DNA of 58,687 nt from Mycobacteriales bacterium (GTDB lineage: Bacteria > Actinomycetota > Actinomycetes > Mycobacteriales > QHCA01): the NCBI GenBank assembly GCA_038276285.1, contig JBBPZR010000077.1:1-58687 (forward strand). Direction: 5' to 3'. The notes below the pieces were generated by a model. It made no database searches. It was not told the DNA's origin and worked only from the letters and a program-made list of their open reading frames with translations. Position numbers and translations under genes: made by a program. Positions 38,191-46,897 of the stretch are shown here, piece after piece (position 1 is the first letter of the stretch; each line of letters begins with the position of its first letter).

Positions 38191-39810
38191 TCAGATCGAT
38201 CGGCGTGACCGCCGAGCGCTGAGCTGCATCGTGGTACCGGCCAGGAGCAGGACCAGCGCCAAGGCGGCGAGGCCGCCGACGATGGTGCCTGTCATGGCGA
38301 GGGTGTTGCCCACACTCGATAGGCCGCTGCCCTGAACTGCCGCGTGCGGCGTGTTGGCTCCGCTCCCGAGGTCGGTGGATCCGGTGGACCCACCTGAGGG
38401 AGTGGGGGAGGGGGTGGGAGTCGGGGGCTCCGAGGGCGAGCCGCCCTCCTGGCAGTGCGCCTTGGCCTTGCCCAGCACCGCGGTGGCGTTGCCGCATACC
38501 GCGATCGGAATGGTCACCGGGTCGCCGAACTGGTTGCCCGAGCCGATGCCGCCGGAGCCGTCCGTCGCGCCACCTGGACCCGCGCTGGGGCCGCCTCCGG
38601 GCACGTTGCTGTTGCCCTTGCACGCGGCCTTCGCCGTGCCCAAGACCGCGGTGGCGTTGCCGCACACGGTGACCGGAATGGTGATCGGCAGGTTGACCTG
38701 GTTGCCCGAGCCCACGCCGCCGGAGCCGTCGGTCGTGCCCGGACCGGCCGTGGGACCGCCGCCGGCCGTCGCGTTGCCACCGCAGTGGGCATTGGCAATG
38801 CCGAGGATGGCCGTGCCGTTACCGCAGACGGTCACCGGCACCGTTACCGGGACGCTGATCTGGTTGCCGGAGAGATCACCGCCGGCACCGCTCGTCTTCG
38901 CACCCGAGCCCGAGCCCGATCTCGAGCCGGCGCCAGCGGTGGCGTTGCCGGAGCACAAGGCCTTGGCCAACCCCAGGATCGCGGTGGCGTTGCCGCAGGC
39001 TGTGATCGGCGCGGTGATCGGGGCGAATAGCTGGTTGCCCGAGAGCACTCCACCGGCGCCGCTCGTCTTTGCACCCGAGCCGGAGCCGGAGCCGGAGTTG
39101 GCCGTGGCGTTGCCCTTGCAATGCGCGGCGGCGAGGCCGAGCACCGCGGTCGCGTTGCCGCAGACCACAACGGGGATCGTGATGGGCGCGAACAGCTGGT
39201 TGCCCGAGAGCACTCCACCGGCGCCGCTTGTCCTTGCACCCGAGCCGGAGCCGGAGCCGGAGTTAGCGGTGGCGTTGCCCTTGCAGTGCGCCGTAGCGAT
39301 ACCGAGGATCGCGGTGCCGTTGCCGCAGATGGTCACCGGGACGGTGATCGGCAGGGAGACCTGATTGCCCGACAGCACGCCGCCGGTGCCGCTGGTCTTG
39401 AAGGCCGAGCCGGAACCGAAGCCAGACCCGGAGTTGGCGGTGGCGTTGCCCTTGCAATGAGCCTTGGCTTTGCCCAAGACCGCGGTCGCATCGCCGCAGA
39501 CGGTCACCGGCGCGGTGACACCCCCGGCGAACTGGTTACCGGACAGCACGCCGCCGGCACCGCTCGTCGTGCCGAAACCGGCCGCGGAGTTGGCGGTGGC
39601 GTTGCCCTTGCAATGAGCCTTGGCTTTGCCCAAGACCGCAGTTGCATTCCCGCAGGCGGTGATCGGAGCGGTTATGGGTGCGGCGAACTGATTGCCGGAG
39701 AGAACGCCGCCGGCACCGGAAGTGCCCGCAGACGAGGCCCCCACCCCGATGACGAGACATCCTGCGGTCAGGATGCCAGCACCCAGTTTCCTTCGGGCCT
39801 GTGTGTGCAC
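38191..39810 (-). CDS. Chaplin (DUF320)-repeat surface protein, 8 domains, LAXTG sortase signal
   Basis: AAAGGA RBS + GTG 39810 and a signal peptide. Eight G(V/D/I).SGNQ...P...CG(N/D)...LG.....C units, a Pro/Thr linker, then LAMTG + TM + RRSRR. Confidence 0.85.
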   Translation of the reverse strand: MHTQARRKLGAGILTAGCLVIGVGASSAGTSGAGGVLSGNQFAAPITAPITACGNATAVLGKAKAHCKGNATANSAAGFGTTSGAGGVLSGNQFAGGVTAPVTVCGDATAVLGKAKAHCKGNATANSGSGFGSGSAFKTSGTGGVLSGNQVSLPITVPVTICGNGTAILGIATAHCKGNATANSGSGSGSGARTSGAGGVLSGNQLFAPITIPVVVCGNATAVLGLAAAHCKGNATANSGSGSGSGAKTSGAGGVLSGNQLFAPITAPITACGNATAILGLAKALCSGNATAGAGSRSGSGSGAKTSGAGGDLSGNQISVPVTVPVTVCGNGTAILGIANAHCGGNATAGGGPTAGPGTTDGSGGVGSGNQVNLPITIPVTVCGNATAVLGTAKAACKGNSNVPGGGPSAGPGGATDGSGGIGSGNQFGDPVTIPIAVCGNATAVLGKAKAHCQEGGSPSEPPTPTPSPTPSGGSTGSTDLGSGANTPHAAVQGSGLSSVGNTLAMTGTIVGGLAALALVLLLAGTTMQLSARRSRRSI

Positions 39811-39959
39811 GCGAAAGTCCTTTCGTCCGGTACGGAACGCCCGGCGCACGGCTGGGCGCCCGCTGGTCGCGGTCAATGAAGGAGCCCACCTAACCGCACT
39901 CTCGGACCGCCTGACAAGTCCGACACTTCCCGGTCCGGCACGATTGCTACAGAGAGCGC

Positions 39960-41104
39960 CTAACCGATCACTAAACGCGCGCTCTGACATGGTTGCGACG
40001 AGGCGACGGGCGATCTCATGCAGCTTGGTGTTGGTGTGCCGGCTGACAGTTTCAGGTGGTCGAAGGCGGCATCTTCGTCGCACCGGCGGACCGCCATCAA
40101 CATGCCCTTGGCCTGCTCGATGACCGACCGATGCTCGAGCGCCTGCGACAGGTTTCGTACCAGGTCCCGGCTCTCCGCCAGCGCCCGAGCGTTGCCCATC
40201 ACAGCGGCAGCAGCCTGCGCAAACAACTCGGCGCCCTGCCGGGTGGCGTCATCGAAGGAGTCGGTCGAGTTGTCGCAGGCGGTGATCCGTAACTCGCCCA
40301 GCCGGTTGCCGTGTAAGCGCAACGGCACAATCAGCCCGGCCGCGGGTCGGTCGGTCTGGGCCTGGTCGTCGTCGGGCTTGCCGTCATCGAGGACGACGCG
40401 GACGCTGGCCGCGGCTGGTAGGGCCGCAACCGCAAGGCGCTCCACTTCGGACAGCAAGTCAGGCATGAGCGCGCTGGCGAGCGGGAGCATGGCCAGGCCG
40501 GCTACCGCGACGTGGGCGTCTTCCTGGACGCGGGCGTCGGCCGAAGTGGCGGTCGGCCCGGCCAACATATCGGGCACGATCACCCACCGCAGGGCCTCGC
40601 CCTCACGACGAGCAATGACCACCGCGGGCAACGCTGTCCCGGTCCGGCTGCGCAACTCGACCCGCAGCGGGCATCGTGGTCGCCGCTCGCGAGCCGCCCT
40701 AGAAGCTGGCGAAACGGCTTGCGATCACCGGAGATGTAGGCGGCGAGCGGCTTGCCGGCCTGGCGAGGAGCGAGCTCCCCGAATAGCTGGGCGGCTTGGC
40801 GATTGACGCTGGTGAGCACTCCCAGCTTGTCGGTGGCGAGCGCGGCTACCGGCAGATCATCGAGCAGGTGCCCGTTTGTCGCGGGCATCATCGGGCGTTC
40901 GAGGGCGGACACCAGCTCTTCCTGCTGGCTGCGCAGCTCCTCCTCGGCGACCCGCAGCTCCTCGCGGGCGGTCTCCAACTCGGCGAGCTCGGTCGCCCGG
41001 CTGTCCTCACCGTCACCCGGCGGGGTGGTCCGCCGGAACTCGAGCCGATCGTCGAACTCGGCCAGCTGCCGCGAGAACCACTGCCACCGCTCCTGATCGA
41101 TCAC
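39960..41104 (-). pseudogene. Coiled-coil/PAS-GAF-ANTAR RNA-binding regulator with two frameshifts
   Basis: ELE.A.EELRVAEEELR.Q and a PAS-like TD..G....VN..A..LFG. After a shift near 40670 comes a GAF-like region and ALEHRSVIEQAKGMLM; after a shift near 40050, SRHTNTKLHEIA. The 3' end is uncertain. Confidence 0.7.
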
Positions 41105-41194
41105 GCGCCCTCCCACACCACCCTGCACGGTACGCCCGCGCGGACGTTACTGGTCGGCCCTTTGTGGGCACGGGGTGCGCACGAAGGAGGATTC

Positions 41195-41290
41195 GTGACA
41201 CAGGGCTTGGTGCTGCTGGCCGCTTGGGCGCAAATGGCCGTGCTGCTGGCCATTCTCGTACTGCTCCTGCGGCGATCGGGTCACAGATGA
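41195..41290 (+). CDS. Small single-TM protein (31 aa)
   Basis: AAGGAGG RBS + GTG; MTQGLVLLAAWAQMAVLLAILVLLLRRSGHR. The stop overlaps the next ATG (ATGA 41287-41290). Confidence 0.6.
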   Translation: MTQGLVLLAAWAQMAVLLAILVLLLRRSGHR

Positions 41291-41730
41291 CTCCGCCGAG
41301 GGCCGCCCTCGCGGTTGCCGTTATCCTGGCGCTCACCGCCTGCGTCGGCCCCTCACGCACCGATTCCGACTACGAAAGCAAGGCATCGAACACCGTTGGG
41401 GCGGCCATTTCGGCGGTGCAGACCGCCCGCGTCGCTGTCGCGGCCGAGAGCAAGGGCAACGCGCCGGCCACCTATCTTTCGGTCATCCTCGGCGAGTCGG
41501 AGGAGACCCTGAGCGGGGTGCAGGGCCAGTTCGACTCGGTGCAGCCGCCGAGCGCCGCGGCCGACAGGCTGCGTACCAAGGTCGACGACCTGCTCACCCA
41601 GGCCGATGACGTGCTGTCGCAACTGCGCATCGCGGTCCGCCGGGGGCAACTGGCGCAGCTGCCCAAGATCGCCGCACCGCTGGTCAAGCTGAGCCGGCAG
41701 ATGGACCAGCTCGAGACGGCCACTTCATGA
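41287..41730 (+). CDS. Putative lipoprotein
   Basis: Lipobox LTAC after a hydrophobic stretch; helical mature domain with F.SVQPP. Confidence 0.75.
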   Translation: MTPPRAALAVAVILALTACVGPSRTDSDYESKASNTVGAAISAVQTARVAVAAESKGNAPATYLSVILGESEETLSGVQGQFDSVQPPSAAADRLRTKVDDLLTQADDVLSQLRIAVRRGQLAQLPKIAAPLVKLSRQMDQLETATS

Positions 41731-41768
41731 AGAAGCTGCCATGAGGAAGCTGCCGTGAAGAAGCTCCT
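41727..41768 (+). repeat. 3 x 14-bp tandem repeat of the NRAMP-like gene start
   Basis: ATGAAGAAGCTGCC / ATGAGGAAGCTGCC / GTGAAGAAGCTCCT. Confidence 0.85.
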
Positions 41769-42984
41769 CGGCGTCACCCTCGGGATCCTGACCGCCATCG
41801 GAGGCTTCGTCGACATCGGTGACCTGGTCGCCAATGCTCTCGTCGGTGCACGCTTCGGGATGGCCCTGGCCTGGGTCGTCCTGGTGGGCGTGATCGGGAT
41901 CATGGTCTACGGCGAGATGTCGGCCCGGATCGCGGCGGTCAGCCACCGGCCGACCTTCGACCTGATCCGCGAACGGCTCGGCCCGCGCTTCGCCCTGGTC
42001 AACCTGCTCGCCTCTTTCCTGGTGAATATGCTCACGCTGACCGCCGAGATCGGGGGCGTGGCCCTCGCCCTGGAGCTGGCGACGAGCGTCAACTACCTGC
42101 TCTGGGTGCCGCTCGTGGCCTTCCTCGTGTGGTTCGTCATGTGGCGGGTGAAGTTCGGGACGATGGAAAACATCTTCGGCCTCGGCGGGCTCACGCTCAT
42201 CGCCTTCGCGGTGGCCCTGTGGAAGCTGGGCCCCGATTGGGGCCAGCTCCTGCATCAGGTCACGCACCCAACCGTTCCGCAGGGCGAGGGCCACCCGACC
42301 TACTTCTATTACGCGATCGCTCTCTTCGGTGCGGCCATGACGCCGTACGAGGTTTTCTTCCTGTCCTCCGGCGGGGTGGAGGAGAAGTGGACCAAGAAGA
42401 ACCTCACACTGGCCCGGGCGAACTCCGCCATCGGCTTCCCCCTCGGTGGGCTGCTCTCGCTGGCCATCATGGGCTGCGCGGCCGTGGTCCTGCTGCCGGC
42501 CGGGATCGAGGTGGACAGCCTCTCCCAGGTGGCCCTGCCAGGCGTGGTCGCGCTGGGCAAGCTCGGGCTGGCCTGCCTCATCATCGGGATGTTCTGCGCG
42601 ACGTTCGGCGCCGCGCTGGAGACCGGGCTGTCCTCGGGTTACACGATCGGGCAGTACTTCGGTTGGCAGTGGGGCAAGTACGTCAAGCCCCGCCAGGCGG
42701 CCCGCTTCCACCTCGTGCTGCTGGCCAGCGTGCTGGCCGGGGCGATGCTGGTGCTGACCACGGCCGATCCGATCAAGGTGACGGAGTACTCCCTGGTGTT
42801 CAGCGCGGTGGCGCTCCCACTGACGTACTTCCCGGTCCTCATCATTGCCAACGACCCTGACTACATGGGCGACAAGACCAACAGCCGGTTCACCAACGTC
42901 CTCGGGCTGGTCTACTTTGGCATCCTGAGCGTCGTGTCCATCGCCGCGATCCCGCTCATGTTCGTCACGAAGGCAGGGTTGTGA
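41755..42984 (+). CDS. NRAMP-related divalent metal transporter
   Basis: GGFVDIGD...GARFG, EMSAR, GAAMTPY and AND.DYMG...N motifs; about 11 TMs. Confidence 0.85.
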   Translation: MKKLLGVTLGILTAIGGFVDIGDLVANALVGARFGMALAWVVLVGVIGIMVYGEMSARIAAVSHRPTFDLIRERLGPRFALVNLLASFLVNMLTLTAEIGGVALALELATSVNYLLWVPLVAFLVWFVMWRVKFGTMENIFGLGGLTLIAFAVALWKLGPDWGQLLHQVTHPTVPQGEGHPTYFYYAIALFGAAMTPYEVFFLSSGGVEEKWTKKNLTLARANSAIGFPLGGLLSLAIMGCAAVVLLPAGIEVDSLSQVALPGVVALGKLGLACLIIGMFCATFGAALETGLSSGYTIGQYFGWQWGKYVKPRQAARFHLVLLASVLAGAMLVLTTADPIKVTEYSLVFSAVALPLTYFPVLIIANDPDYMGDKTNSRFTNVLGLVYFGILSVVSIAAIPLMFVTKAGL

Positions 42985-43373
42985 AGATCTATCGACCGGT
43001 CCTCGACGTCGACCTGCACCTGCTCGACCGGCAGGTGGTGGATCGCGACGGCGCCATGGTGTGCAAGGTCGACGACTTGGAGTTCCAGCCCAATGCCGAC
43101 GGCGAGCCGGTCGTGACGGCGATCCTGGCCGGTCCGGCGGCCTTGGGCCCGCGGGTCGGCGGTGCGCTCGGCCGGTGGATGGTCTCGGTGCAGGAGCGCC
43201 TCCGCCCCAGCGACCAGGACGGCCCGGCCCGGATCGCTGTCGCGCTGGTCACCGAGGTAGGAAGCGACATCCGGCTGTCGGCTCGCGCGGTAGAGCTGCG
43301 TACGCATCAGACGGAGGCGTGGGTGGACCAGCACGTCATCAGCAAACTGCCGGGGGCAGACCATGAGGGCTAG
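42981..43373 (+). CDS. PRC-barrel-like hypothetical protein
   Basis: LLDRQVVD.DG....KVDDLE; GTGA-coupled to the upstream gene. Confidence 0.75.
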   Translation: MKIYRPVLDVDLHLLDRQVVDRDGAMVCKVDDLEFQPNADGEPVVTAILAGPAALGPRVGGALGRWMVSVQERLRPSDQDGPARIAVALVTEVGSDIRLSARAVELRTHQTEAWVDQHVISKLPGADHEG

Positions 43374-43710
43374 CGACATCATGGGCAAGCCGGTGCGCTG
43401 CCGCGACGGCGAGGCTGGCAGGGTCATCGACATGCGGGTCGACACCGATACCCCTCCCGGTGCCGAGGTAGCCGAACTTCGGCTGGCCGGCCTCGTGGTC
43501 TCGCCGCGGCGCTGGGGAAGCACGGTCGGCTACGACCGGCAGGACGACCGCGGCCCGTGGCTCATCTGGTGGATCGTGCACCGGCTGCACCGATCCGATC
43601 GCTATGTCGGCTGGGATCTGGTTCGCAGCTGGGCCGACGGCATGGTGCAGGTCGACGCGGCCGTCGGCGAACTGCCGGGCGTCCCGGCGCTGCCGCCGAG
43701 GGCGACGTGA
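43363..43710 (+). CDS. PRC-barrel-like hypothetical protein
   Basis: MRASDIMG..V...DG..GRVIDMRV; overlaps both neighbours. Confidence 0.72.
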   Translation: MRASDIMGKPVRCRDGEAGRVIDMRVDTDTPPGAEVAELRLAGLVVSPRRWGSTVGYDRQDDRGPWLIWWIVHRLHRSDRYVGWDLVRSWADGMVQVDAAVGELPGVPALPPRAT

Positions 43711-45293
43711 GCCACGACGCGGTCGTCGTCGGGGCCGGCCACAACGGCTTGGTCGCGGCCAACCTGCTCGCCGACGCAGGCTGGGACGTGCTCGTCATCG
43801 AGGCGACCGACTCGCCAGGTGGTGCCGTACGCAGTGCCGAGATCACCGCGCCGGGATACCTCTCCGACCTGTGCAGCGCCTTCTATCCACTCGGAGCGGG
43901 CTCACCGGTGATGAAGGAACTGGGCCTGCACGGCTACGGCCTGCGGTGGCGGCACGCTCCCGACGTACTTGCCCATGTGCTGCCCGACGACCGCTGCGTG
44001 GTGCTCTCGCGCGATCTCGACCGCACGGCCGCGTCGGTCGATGCCTTCGCGGCCGGCGACGGTGACGCCTGGCGACGGGCGTACGAGCTGTGGCAGCGGC
44101 TCGGCCCGGCGCTGCTCGACACCGTGCTGCGGCCGTTTCCCCCGGTGAGCGGCGGGTTGCGGACCGCCCGCGCCCTCGGTGTCGCCGATCTGCTTCGCGG
44201 CACGCGCTATGCCCTGCTGCCGGTGCGGCGCCTGGCCAACGAGCTCTTCCGGGGTGAAGGGGCTCGGATGTTGCTGGCCGGCAATGCGGCGCACACCGAC
44301 CTCGGCCCGGAGACCGCCGGGAGCGGTGCCTTCGGCTGGCTGCTCGCCATGGTGGGCCAGGACATCGGCTTCCCGGTGCCCGCGGCTGGCGCCGCGAAGA
44401 TCATCGAGGCACTGGTCGCCCGGCTCCGGTCGCGGGGCGGTGATGTGGTGTGCGGGCAGCCAGTGCGCGAGGTCCTGGTGCGTGGCGGCCGGGCCTGCGG
44501 AGTACGACTGGCCTCCGGCGATGTCGTGACCGCCCGGCGGGCGGTCCTGGCCGACGTCCCGGCGCCCCAGCTATTCCTCGATCTGGTCGGTGCGGAACAT
44601 CTGCCGCGGCGCTTCGTGGCGGACCTCGGCCACTTCCAGTGGGATCACTCCACGATCAAGGTCGACTGGGCGCTGTCCCGGCCGATCCCCTGGACCGCCG
44701 AGGGTGCCCGCTCGGCCGGCACCGTGCACGTGGGCGCCGATCTCGACGGCCTGAGCCGGTATTCGACGGATCTGGTCACGGGTGAGGTGCCGCGAGCGCC
44801 GTTCCTGCTCGTAGGTCAGATGACGACATCGGACCCCAGCCGGTCACCGGCCGGCACCGAGTCGGTCTGGGCGTACACCCACGTGCCGCGCGGGATGCAG
44901 TGGGACGAGGCGCGGCTGCGCCAGCACGCCGAGCGGATCCAGGCCGTCCTGGAGCGGCATGCGCCTGGTTTCGGCGATCTCGTGGTGGGCCGTGCGGTCA
45001 GCGGACCCGATGAGCTGCATCGCGAGAATCCCGGGCTGATTGACGGTGCGATCAACGCCGGCACGTGCGCGCCGCACCAGATGCTGGTGTTCCGGCCGGT
45101 GCCGGGGCTCGGCCGCGCGGACACCCCCGTCGACGGCCTGTTCCTGGCCGGAGCGTCGGCCCACCCGGGCGGTGGCGTGCACGGCGCGTGCGGGGCCAAC
45201 GCGGCGCGCGCGGCCCTGGCTCGCGACGGTCGGGCTGGCCGCGTCTACGCCGCGGGGATTCGGCTGGCCCATCGCGGCATCTATCCAGACTGA
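43707..45293 (+). CDS. FAD-dependent oxidoreductase, phytoene-dehydrogenase-like
   Basis: DAVVVGAGHNGL.AA, GGAVRS, CSAFYP and ASAHPGGGVHG; GTGA-coupled. Confidence 0.9.
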   Translation: MSHDAVVVGAGHNGLVAANLLADAGWDVLVIEATDSPGGAVRSAEITAPGYLSDLCSAFYPLGAGSPVMKELGLHGYGLRWRHAPDVLAHVLPDDRCVVLSRDLDRTAASVDAFAAGDGDAWRRAYELWQRLGPALLDTVLRPFPPVSGGLRTARALGVADLLRGTRYALLPVRRLANELFRGEGARMLLAGNAAHTDLGPETAGSGAFGWLLAMVGQDIGFPVPAAGAAKIIEALVARLRSRGGDVVCGQPVREVLVRGGRACGVRLASGDVVTARRAVLADVPAPQLFLDLVGAEHLPRRFVADLGHFQWDHSTIKVDWALSRPIPWTAEGARSAGTVHVGADLDGLSRYSTDLVTGEVPRAPFLLVGQMTTSDPSRSPAGTESVWAYTHVPRGMQWDEARLRQHAERIQAVLERHAPGFGDLVVGRAVSGPDELHRENPGLIDGAINAGTCAPHQMLVFRPVPGLGRADTPVDGLFLAGASAHPGGGVHGACGANAARAALARDGRAGRVYAAGIRLAHRGIYPD

Positions 45294-45316
45294 GCGGCGG
45301 CCCGCAGGTCGTGGCA

Positions 45317-45757
45317 CTAGGTCTGGCGGCCTTCGGCCAGGTCGGCGAGCCGGCGCAGGGTCTCGACGTTGCGCGCGTTCAGCACGCCCTCGAAGACGGG
45401 GTTGTGCGCCCAGGCGGCCGGCCCGCGGGTGGGGTGTTCCTCCACGCTCATCCGGCACGCGTCGGCACCGGCCGGGGTGATCGTGAACTTGACGCGCGCC
45501 TCGCCGGCGGGCCAGAGCCGCGCCCGCAGTTCGAGGACCTCCCGCGGCACGCAGGCCACGACCTCGGTGTAGTCGTGCACGACGAGCGGCCAGGGACCGA
45601 CGCTGTGGTGCAGGCGGGCGCCGACCGCCGGCCAGGAGGCGCCGACGTCGCGGATGTGAGAGGCGCCGACTACCCAGGCGGCGTAGGACCAGCCGTCGGC
45701 CAGGACCTCCCAGACGCGCGCCGCTGACGTCGGCACCTGCTGGCTCACCTCCGACAT
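45317..45757 (-). CDS. SRPBCC-family protein
   Basis: VWEVLADGW.Y..WVVG, HHSVGPWP and RN.E.L.RL. Preceded by GTTT-N15-GGGCA (45791-45768). Confidence 0.85.
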   Translation of the reverse strand: MSEVSQQVPTSAARVWEVLADGWSYAAWVVGASHIRDVGASWPAVGARLHHSVGPWPLVVHDYTEVVACVPREVLELRARLWPAGEARVKFTITPAGADACRMSVEEHPTRGPAAWAHNPVFEGVLNARNVETLRRLADLAEGRQT

Positions 45758-45859
45758 GCCAGCTGCCTGCCCCTCGCGATCATGCACAAACCCGCCGGAG
45801 GGTGCATGCAGGGCTGATCTTGGGGAACCTCTCTTGCCGGACAGGAGAGGAGCAAGCCG

Positions 45860-46897
45860 ATGCCGTACGGCGACGTCCTGACTCCCGCGGAGTTGGGCGC
45901 GACACCATTGCCCCCGGCGCGTGGGCCGCTGACCGACTGGCTGTTCCGTCACCTGCGCCGGCCTCCACGCGATGTGGGTGTCACGCCAAGAGCCGTCGAT
46001 GATCCGATCTCCGGCGACGACTTCGCCCTGGCGCTGTACTGCCTCTACGAACTGCACTACCGCGGCTTCGCCGACGTCGATGACGGCTGGGAATGGCAGC
46101 CGTCGCTGCTTGCCGCCCGGGCCCGGCTCGAAGCGGCGTTCGAGCGGCGGCTTCGCGAGGAGGTGGGCCGCATCCCACCGACGCGCGACGTGGTCGGCGC
46201 GTTGCACACGCTGCTGGCCGGCCCGGCCGGCCCGTCGCTTTCGTCGTACCTCGCGGAGGCCGGCACGCTGGGGCAGCTGACGGAGTACGCCGTCCATCGA
46301 TCCGCGTACCAACTCAAGGAGGCCGACCCGCACAGCTGGGCGCTGCCTCGATTGGCGGGCGCTCCGAAGGCGGCGCTGGTGCAGATACAGGCGGACGAGT
46401 ACGGAGAGGGTGCCGAGCGTGACATGCACCAGACGCTGTTCGCTCTCACCATGCGCGAGCTTGGGCTGTCGCCGGCCTACCACGCCTATCTCGAGCGGCT
46501 GCCAGGGCCGACGCTGGCCACCACAAACCTCGTCTCCTTCCTGGGCCTGCACCGCGGCCACCGCGGCGCCCTGGTGGGTCATCTCGCCATCTTCGAGATG
46601 ACCTCGGTCGAGCCGATGGGTCGCTACAGCGCCGCGCTGCGCCGGCACGGGCTCGGCTCCGCGGCCCGGCATTTCTTCGACGTGCACGTGGTGGCCGACG
46701 CCTACCACCAGCGGCTGGCGGCCACCGACCTGGCCGGTGGCTTGGCCGCACAGGAGCCGGCGCTGGTGCCCGACATCCTGTTCGGTGCCCACGCCGTGAC
46801 CGCGGTCGAGGCGGCCTTCAGCGCCCACCTGCTCGAGAGCTGGAAGCGCGGCGGCAGTTCCCTGCTGCCCGCCCTGCCGGTGGCCGCCGCGTCATGA
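45860..46897 (+). CDS. Iron-containing redox enzyme (heme-oxygenase-like diiron family)
   Basis: YELHYRGF, LKEADPH, DEYG.G....H..LF, FEMTS and F..HV.AD..H. Confidence 0.88.
   Translation: MPYGDVLTPAELGATPLPPARGPLTDWLFRHLRRPPRDVGVTPRAVDDPISGDDFALALYCLYELHYRGFADVDDGWEWQPSLLAARARLEAAFERRLREEVGRIPPTRDVVGALHTLLAGPAGPSLSSYLAEAGTLGQLTEYAVHRSAYQLKEADPHSWALPRLAGAPKAALVQIQADEYGEGAERDMHQTLFALTMRELGLSPAYHAYLERLPGPTLATTNLVSFLGLHRGHRGALVGHLAIFEMTSVEPMGRYSAALRRHGLGSAARHFFDVHVVADAYHQRLAATDLAGGLAAQEPALVPDILFGAHAVTAVEAAFSAHLLESWKRGGSSLLPALPVAAAS

Noticed and set aside
38440-39730. DNA repeats with variable intervening sequence, resembling an array
   Set aside because: They are in-frame coding repeats of the chaplin domains.
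43707-45293. Calling this gene crtI
   Set aside because: No other carotenoid genes are present and the family is broad.
45758-46828. N-terminal extension of the SRPBCC ORF
   Set aside because: It is antisense to the diiron enzyme gene, and a promoter motif supports the start at 45757.
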